Shown here piece by piece: positions 55,565-63,881 of a stretch of DNA of 63,881 bases. Under the pieces are notes generated by a model. It had not been told where the DNA came from and did no database searches. It saw only the letters and a list, made by a program, of their open reading frames with translations. Position 1 is the stretch's first letter; every line of letters starts with the position of its first letter. Where the stretch lies: assembly GCA_003427395.1 (NCBI GenBank), contig BFEA01000019.1, positions 2,654,695 to 2,718,575 on the forward strand. Direction: 5' to 3'. A program made the position numbers and the translations under genes. This DNA is from Chara braunii (taxonomy: Eukaryota > Plantae > Charophyceae).

Positions 55565-56661
55565 GTGTCCGGTTCCTTCGCCACTTGAAGCTGAAATGCC
55601 ACCGTCTCACTCACTCTTACGTTCGCCTTCCTTCGATCCCCCCTCCTCACCGCCTCCTTTCCCCTTCCTCCCCCCTTCCTCCCCCTGAAACTCGGCGATA
55701 TACAAGGTCGTTTACCAGCTGTCACAGACGATCGCGCCGCTCATCACTCAGCAGTCGTCTGCCTCGTGTGTGACATCTCCCTACTGCTATGTGTGCTCAC
55801 CCACCGCTGACTTTCCCCAACACAACCCACCTTACTCCTACCCGTGCTTGATATCCAATTGATATCCCCCAGTTCTTACATCCAATTGATACATACAATT
55901 GATGTATCCAAGTTGATATATCCAAGTTGATATATCCAAGTTGATATATCCAAGTTGACATCTAACAAGGATAAAAAGGAGAAGATTCAATGCTCGTTCG
56001 AAGAAAATCGTCTACCGGTAGCAGAAGAAAATCAAGGTCAAGTACGACGATCGGCAAATAAGATGACACAAGTACTACTATATTACACACCCAAGCGTAG
56101 AGGCGGCCTATCTAGCTTCATTACACTCTCTCTACCAGCTAATCAAAGGCCCGATGCTTACTAAGATTGCCATTTCCACCGTCCGATCCACGCCTCGGTC
56201 AATCATGGCCAATGACAATCAATAATCTCGATCCTACTTTGATGTTTCTCGATCGTCGTTGTGTTTCTCGACTCTCGATCAGTCAGCCGATCGATTCCCG
56301 CCGCCGCCTTGTTCCCACCGTCCCCCCGTTTGAGAGCATCCCTTGCGTTTGCCAGTGGCCAATGCACGAAAATCGAACAACCCCTTTACCAACGCAGAGG
56401 ACAACTGATCTTGATTGCCAATCAGGTCGCTACTCTTGATTGCCCCCCTCAACCAATCAACGTGCCATCAGGTTGGTACTCCTGATTGCCATGCCAAACA
56501 GGAAAACTGATGTTGATTGCCAATCAGGTTTTCCTCCCCAACCAATCATACGACCCATACATGAAGTTAACAGGCCCAATACAGCGAACCTTGTCGAGCT
56601 TGAGGAGCCAATCAAAGAACTACTGATAGCTTCTCATTGATTAGAAAGAGCGACAGAGAAG

Positions 56662-56729
<68 letters not shown>

Positions 56730-57530
56730 GAATTTCGCGTTAATTACACAGAAGGCATGCCACGATCGCGGATTCAGGTTTGCCACGAGTGCGGTCATCA
56801 GATGAAGCCCTCTGCACACGTCGACTACATAGTGCAACTTCAGGTCTGCCACGAGTGCGGTCATCACATGAAGCGGAAACGCGCGCAGAGTCGTTTGTGT
56901 GCGGAGAGGTAAACATCGGGACTTTCAAGGGTGTTTGGTCGGGCGAAGTACTGCTGCCCTGGCAGAGCGCGGATCTTGGGCCCCGGCGTCGTACTAACGA
57001 ACCGTGAAAAATGCCGAAGAAGATGACAAAATACATCGTTCGCAAGTCCCTGAAGCGCATGTGTAGCGCATGTATACTTCCTCGTCCTGCTTGAAGATGC
57101 ACTCGCCAATTTTCACGTTTCGCGAGGCGCTTGTTCCTGCATGCTTCAGTTTTTTTTTTTTCTTTCCTTTTTTTTGCATGCTTCAGTTCCGCTTGCTCTC
57201 CTGCCCGCCTTCTGCACAGCTACGTTGTTCTCAGTGACAGAGCGTCCCAGCCGGCAGCACCGCCACGTTTTTCGCAGTGAGAAAGGGTCTCCGCCGGCAG
57301 GCGGAAACCGTGCCTAACCCCAACGGGCCTAGCTCAGCCCCCGTCCCAACGGGATGGAAACCATGCCTAACCCCAAGGACAACCAGCGGGCCTAGCTCAG
57401 CTGGTACACACATGAACAGTTCGAACATAGCCGTGAGCTCGAATCGAAATGGAACTACCTCGTTCCAGTCGGTTCCAGGATGACATCTCAAGGACCCCAC
57501 TGCCTGGCGGAAGCTTTCCAGGCAGGCTGC

Positions 57531-58393
57531 TGGGTTTTTGCTGTTGCTACTGTCCTTCTTGTTGCTGTTGCTACCGTCCTTCTCCTTGCTTAATCGGTCT
57601 GATTAGGAGTAGGCAACTATGGCAGGGGCAATGCCCGCTCGTGGCTGTTACTATTGCGGTGCGATGAACCATTGGATCCGTGAGTGTCCGAACCGTCCGA
57701 CCGGTTATAGGCCTCCGGCTACGGTTGCTAATGCAGTATCTTCTGTAATCTTCTAATCTATGGTTGATTGAGATGACGTGTTTTTGTCTTGGCTTTCATG
57801 CTTACTTTCATGCTTATTTTAGGCTGAATGCCGCCACTGCGTGTCCTATTGATAGCTTCTGGCAATATTGATGTTGTGTGTGTTGAATTGCTCACCATCA
57901 TCTTGACGTTGTAACCGCCGTAGCAATTACACTACGTGTGAGTGGCTCGTTTGCTTATTGTCATTAGTGTTCGATTGCGCTAATCTGTGGTATCTTCTGG
58001 TGTTTTTGATGTCTTTGGTGCTTTTGGCGGGTTTTTGCTGTTGCTATTGCCCTTCTTGTTGCTGTTGCTACCGTCCTTCTCCTTGCTTAATCGGTCTGAT
58101 TAGGAGTAGGCGACTATGGCAGGGGCAATGCCCGCTCGTGGCTGTTACTATTGCGGTGCGATGAACCATTGGATCCATGAGTGTCCGAACCGTCCGACCG
58201 GTTATAGGCCTCCGGCTACGGGTGCTAATGCAGTATCTTCTGTAATCTTCTAATCTATGGTTAATTGGGATGATGTGTTTTTGTCTTGGCTTTCATGCTT
58301 ACTTCCATGCTTATTTTAGGCTGAATGCCGCCACTGCGTGTGCTATTGATAGCTTCTGGCAATATTGATGTTGTGTGTGTTGAATTGCTCACC
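57531..58393 (+). mobile_element. Tandem duplication (497-bp offset) of a retroelement fragment encoding a CCHC zinc knuckle
   Basis: ORFs 57619-57756 and 58116-58253 encode MAGAMPARGCYYCGAMNHWI[R/H]ECPNRPTGYRPP (CX2CX4HX4C). Confidence 0.7.
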
Positions 58394-60438
58394 CGCTGGG
58401 GTTCCCCGTAATACTATAATGACAATAAAAAAAGGCCTGACAGGCTATCCTGTCCAGATTTGACAGGTAATTGAATTCGCCAGTTCCACTGCTGCTGGTT
58501 ACCCGATGTGGAAAACTTTCACTGTATGGAAACTTCACATCTGCTTGTCTCCGTTCTCTCCTTTCCGCATGGGATGGCCGAACCGAGGGAGGTGACCCCC
58601 CCTTACCCCCTCAGAATGGCCGAACCGCAAGGAACAGGCAAAACAAAACTGAGTGAAAACGTCTGCCACGTCATATCTGAGGCCTGGACCCCACAGGAAT
58701 GCGGCAAGGAAAACTTTTGCCGCAGAATTGTTTCCGGGACCCTACATGCCCCGGAAAAGGTCGTGGAAAGGTTTGGTTTACTCCGCGGAATCATTCCGCG
58801 GGGCCCCGCAGGCCGCGGAATGTGGCGTGGAAAAGCTTCCGAAACCGTTTCCACATGGTCTGCGGCATGGAAAAGTGACGCGGGAGGGATTTCCGCCACA
58901 ATTTTGTGCCGACTCTCAAACGTTGGGGGGCGGTGCATCGCGAAGGTTTCCAAGGTCTCCAGCTCAGGCGGGGGTAGAAGATGTCCGAGCGGCCTACACT
59001 GTCGTCCATGTGTCGCGGAGTGGCCACTGTCGTCCATGTGTCGCACCACTCCGTCAACCGCCACCCGAAGTCGCCCTCCAACGGACATTGGTGGTTCCTA
59101 GGCTCCAGGGGCAGTCACTCGGACGGACCACCACTTTCCATTTCGGGATGGCACCCCGGGCACATTTCCTATTACGGAAAGTTCAATCCACATTTTGCCG
59201 CAAAACGGCCTCCGCTGTGGGGTCCCGCAGAAGGCTTTCCAAACTTGCAAAGACTCTTCCGACGGCCATTCTACGGAAACGTCTTTTCCAAAGGAATTCC
59301 TGTGGGGGCCAGGCCTGAGCGTTTTCCAAAGCTTTGCCGCAAAGCAGTGGGGTTTCACAAATCGTCTTCCAAAGCTTTGCTGCAAAGCAGTGGGGTCCAC
59401 CTCTAAACCGCCTATGTCAAAGAAAAAAAGTCCATCGGTTAACACGGAGGTCGGCGCTGGCCTCGCCCAGCGGGATATGGGGAAGGTACAAATGGGGACC
59501 GACTCCACTATGGTGGGCACAACCTCTGCGCAATGAATTTTGAGACTCCACATTCTTCCGCAGTGAGTGGCCCAACTGTTGAAACTGTTGAGAAACTACG
59601 TGGCAGATGTTTCACTCAGCTCTGCACAGCACTTTTCGAGTACAATGACCATCCTGAGGGAGTAGCTGGGGGAACATCTCTTCCTGTTTGGCCATCCTGT
59701 GCGGCAAGGAGACCCAGGGATTGGATGGGGGACGAGACTGGCAGACCCCTAATTTTTTTATAGCCCTTAGAGTAAGTGCAGTCGTCGTAATTTGTCACCA
59801 GGCTCCACCCACCAGCCCTTTCAGGTCTATAACAAAAGTGGCGCCTCACCGAATGGCAGAAATATTGTTACTCCAACACTCCTCCTACTTTAGAATTGCG
59901 GTATGATGCCTTGCACCGTATTTAACGGAATACTTGTGTAAAGAGATGTTGTTAGGCCTTCTTCAATTGGCGAACGGCAAAGTTGCCCTCCTGTGTGCCC
60001 TGACCTCGATAATTGAAAACTAAACAAGTTTGGCTCCCACTTCGTGAAGAGAAACTTTGACAAATCCGCAGTGGAACCTCCCCTACTTGCGGAAATTCCC
60101 AGAAGTAATTCAGTGGAGCCGACCCCAAATATGCGGTTAAACTATGGCCGCAACTTTTGGGGATCGGGGAAGGCCCGGTAGTGCAACAGGGGAGGAAGCC
60201 AGTGGGCCCAAGAAAAGCATGCAAATGGGTTGCACGTTGTCCGGTTGGTTTATGCACATGCACGAAAATTGAAGACGACGACATGAAGAAAAAAAAAAAC
60301 GACGAATGTCTCATGGCATTTTCATGCTAGCAATTTCTATAATGTATCGGACCTTGAATGTGGAACTTGAATTACACATTCGAAAACGAAAGTCGTCCTG
60401 CTCAACACAATTTCCTTGAGAAGTTACAACCCTCACCA

Positions 60439-60682
60439 TGAGTGTATTTGAATTTGTTCGTCAGATCTATACATCCGAGCTCATAAGTGGCCTCCATTGT
60501 GAGTGGGAGTATCTAACCTTGTCCGTCACATTCGAGCTCAGAAGTAGCCTTCATCTTGATTGATTGAATGTATCTGACCTTATCCGTTAATATATATATT
60601 CCAACTCACAAGTAGTTTTTTCATCGGGGGTGAGTGTATATGACCTTGTATGTCAGATGTGTACGTTCCAGAACAAAAGTAG

Positions 60683-60771
<89 letters not shown>

Positions 60772-60791
60772 NNNNNNNNNNNNNNNNNNNN

Positions 60792-60880
<89 letters not shown>

Positions 60881-61190
60881 CGTGCGAAAGAGAAAGAGAG
60901 AGAGGGCGCCCACGAGCTCAAAAGTATACTTCATCGTGAGTGAGTGTATCTAACCTTGTCCATCAGATGTATACAAGAACAAAAGTAGCCTTCATAGTGA
61001 GAGAGTGACTATATCTGACCTTGTCCGTCATATATATACATTAAAGCTCAAAAGTAGCCTGCATCGTCATTGAGGTATCTGACCTTGTCCGTCAGATGTG
61101 TACGTTCGAGCTCAGGAGTACCCTTCATCGTGAGTGAGTGTATTTGACCTTCTACTTTCAATGTATACATTCGAGCTCATAGGTAGCTAT
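60439..61190. repeat. ~60-bp tandem repeat interrupted by a (CT)n tract and gap
   Basis: Unit approximately TGAGTGTATCTGACCTTGTCCGTCAGATGTATACATTCGAGCTCAGAAGTAGCCTTCATCG. Confidence 0.8.
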
Positions 61191-61764
61191 ACACTCAAGC
61201 TTAGTATTTATTTTTTTCCTATAAAACAAAAAATCTCGATTATTTCCGATGAGACTCCCCATGAGAGGCGAGGAATAATTGATTGCATGTCAACAACGTA
61301 GTCGGTGTTCGGGTTCGGCAGAACCCCCGAACCCAAACACCCGTTTAGGACCCCCCCCCCCCCAACACGTTCGGCCCCAACGTGACTTTTTTTTTCAAGG
61401 GGTTGTATTGCGGAGGGGGGGTTCTTCATACTACAAATTTTTTATTTAATTAATAAAAAAAACAAAATGTGCAAGAAGGCAGTTCACCTACGAAAAGGCA
61501 AAAACCCATCCTGCCATGTGTATGTGTACGTGTGTGTGCGTGCGTGTGTGTGTGTATGTGTCCTCGCCGGGGGTAGGCAAACCCTTGACAACCAATCAAT
61601 CTTTCAAGAGAGAGAGAGAGAAAAGTCGAAAAAAAACAAGCGCCAAATGCGCGAGTGTATGTATGTGTGTATGTCGGTGTGTATTGTCATATTCGCTATA
61701 CACTAAAAAAAAACATGACAGACTGTTTCCTCGAACGTTCACTGATTCATCAAGAGGTTGAAAC

Positions 61765-61809
<45 letters not shown>

Positions 61810-63102
61810 ATGTATATGTGTGTTTGTGCGAGCGTGGGGGTGGCGACCCCCCTCCGACATATCAATCAATCAATCAACATAGAAAAAAATTCGAAAAAAT
61901 AAAATAAAAAACAGAAGATTGATTGATTGATCGATTGAATGGTTAATTGGTTGATTGATTGGTTAGGGGAGGGGGGCTTACCGGGGGCGAGTGACCCCAC
62001 CCCAACCAATCAATCAATCAATAAACTAATAAAAATGTATGGAAAAAATAAAAAACAAAAGGACAAAATCAGAAAGGGGGAAGGAAGAGGGGGGTTCGAA
62101 AGTTTTTTGACCCCCCTATTTTTATTTTTTTTCACTCAAGAGATTAACATAAAATTTTAGAGATGGGCTTGTTACATTGTACTTTATCTAAAAAAAAAAA
62201 GTCAATAGGCCCCGATACAAGGTTTGGCGGGTCCTGAACCACAATACGAATGAGGCCCAAACCCCAGTCCGAACCTGTGAACGTCTATAGGGTCCGGGAG
62301 GGTCCAGCCTCCTCCCAACGTTTGGGCGGCAACCTTGCCTATCAACATTTTTTTTTTTTTTTTCCCTTCATAAGTGTCTTCCTTCAAGTTTGTATTATGT
62401 CTCATGGCGCAAGGTCCAACAATTATGTTTTACAAAGGCCGGTATAGGTACTGCCCTTTTTTTTCCACGTGGTGGTCCCCGTCACTTTCACTGGCAGACT
62501 CAACAAAACTTGGCGCACATAACATTTTTAGGCTTTGCAGCAATAACTGCACGAAATACTGATGGTTTAAACTGGTATTATAATATGTCATAATAAAAAT
62601 CGAGGAGAGAGGAGTGTCTCCTGGTCAATATATACTGTGCAGGATTACTTTTTACCTTTTATTTATATATAGTATATAGATTGCTTTCTATCTTTTTGCC
62701 TCTAAACAACTATCACTATTTTTTAGATTCTGCCTTCCTTTTCCATTGACTTCATTGGTTGCTTTAATTTCGTGTTTTGTTTTCTATAGTTGTAAGAGTT
62801 TTACATTCTTATGACTTTATTGTAATTTTTCCTTTCGGATTGTTAAACTTAGTGCTTTATGGATTGGTTTTATTTCCCAAAGTGGTTTAAAAATTGTCAT
62901 TTTGTGCACAAAAAATTGTTTCTCGGACTTTGCACCGAAGTTGGGTAATGACCCCGATATTTTCTTTGTTATTTGTTAAGGAGTTTATAACCTCCTCCTT
63001 TTTTTAGATTAAGTAACTGAATGTATGTGTGCCTATAAAAAAAAAGGTAAAAAAAAAAAACCTGAAAAAACCTCAAGCGCACAATTCTAACTCCCCAGGT
63101 GA

Positions 63103-63881
63103 CTGTGACGGACCCGCCGGGATGGCGGTCCGTCAGGATCAAGACGAAGGGATGAGGATGGGGGAGATGGAGATGGAGCTGGAAGGGACAGCGCAGCTCC
63201 AACGTAGACTCAACACGCACGTACTCCAATCTGTGCAAATGAAGAATGCCACAAAACAGACTGCAGCTGGGGTATACCCCCAGCGGACTGACTGGACTTG
63301 ACTGGACTGGCCTGGTACCGACAGTGGTACCGGGCAGGACTGGACTGGACTGAATAACCGCACGGCCTGTGGGGTCAGGCCACGGCCTGGTCCCACAGGC
63401 CAGACTGACAAATAGCCAAATAGGCCCTGGCTGTGGGTCAGGGCAGATGAAGGCCCGCTGCACGATCCTCAGACCTGTAATGGATCGCAAGAGCCATAAA
63501 CACGCTATCCGCAAAAGCAGCGGAACTCTGCAATAAAGAAAGCTGAGAAATCTAGGATGCGGAGCAAGCTCCATGCAGAGTCCATGCGATGCATCCTAGG
63601 CTATATAATGTCAAAAGAAAAACAAATGTCTAGTATACATATCCTAGCTAACAGCAGAAAATGAAATGTAGTATGATACACTCCTAAAGTCCTGGAGGCA
63701 GTGGTCTCAGTGCTGAAAGGAGAAGAGCAATATGTCACAAGATAATGTCATGTCGCTGAACCACTAAAAGTGGGATGGTCTCAGAGGGGGTGAATGCAGC
63801 CTAAGAATCGAAACTCCTAAGGGCAGTCACACATGAAGGTGGGATAGGTCATCAGGCTCAAGGTGGGGGAGTGGTAGCGAA
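63103..63881. mobile_element. Possible start of another LTR running off the window
   Basis: Abrupt shift from AT-rich DNA to a GC-richer block starting TGTGACGGACCC; second terminus not visible. Confidence 0.35.

Noticed and set aside
58508-59553. Overlapping 140-220 aa ORFs on both strands
   Set aside because: GC-rich, CCGC/GGAAA motif-repetitive DNA typical of transposon subterminal regions; no recognisable protein.
60439-61190. CRISPR-like periodic repeats
   Set aside because: Whole ~60-bp units repeat with no unique spacers, there are no cas genes, and the context is eukaryotic: a minisatellite.

Overview
Eukaryotic, repeat-rich nuclear DNA with several assembly gaps. The plant-type U6, plant mitochondrial rRNA remnants, plant-like SRAP gene with multi-kb introns and abundant microsatellites point to a streptophyte, plausibly a charophyte such as Chara; this is inference. 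The one intact protein gene is an 8-exon SRAP-domain/HMCES gene on the minus strand (55564-26323, 601 aa, N-terminal MCGR, C-terminal PIP-like box). Its intron 7 holds five tRNA-Ser genes (four CGA, one UGA with a compensated acceptor pair). Its intron 1 holds a decayed U6 copy and an RPL41 copy interrupted by an in-frame insert. Elsewhere in the window: a gag-only, pol-deleted Ty3/gypsy LTR element (13680-21102), an old mitochondrial insertion (rrn5-trnfM-rrn26), several MITE families (hAT, PIF/Tourist, pogo-like, TTAA-flanked) and tRNA-derived SINE-like heads. The most novel candidate is a ~110-bp repeat family that carries a hammerhead ribozyme core, sits next to (TA)n tracts and forms an inverted pair at 39066-39338.
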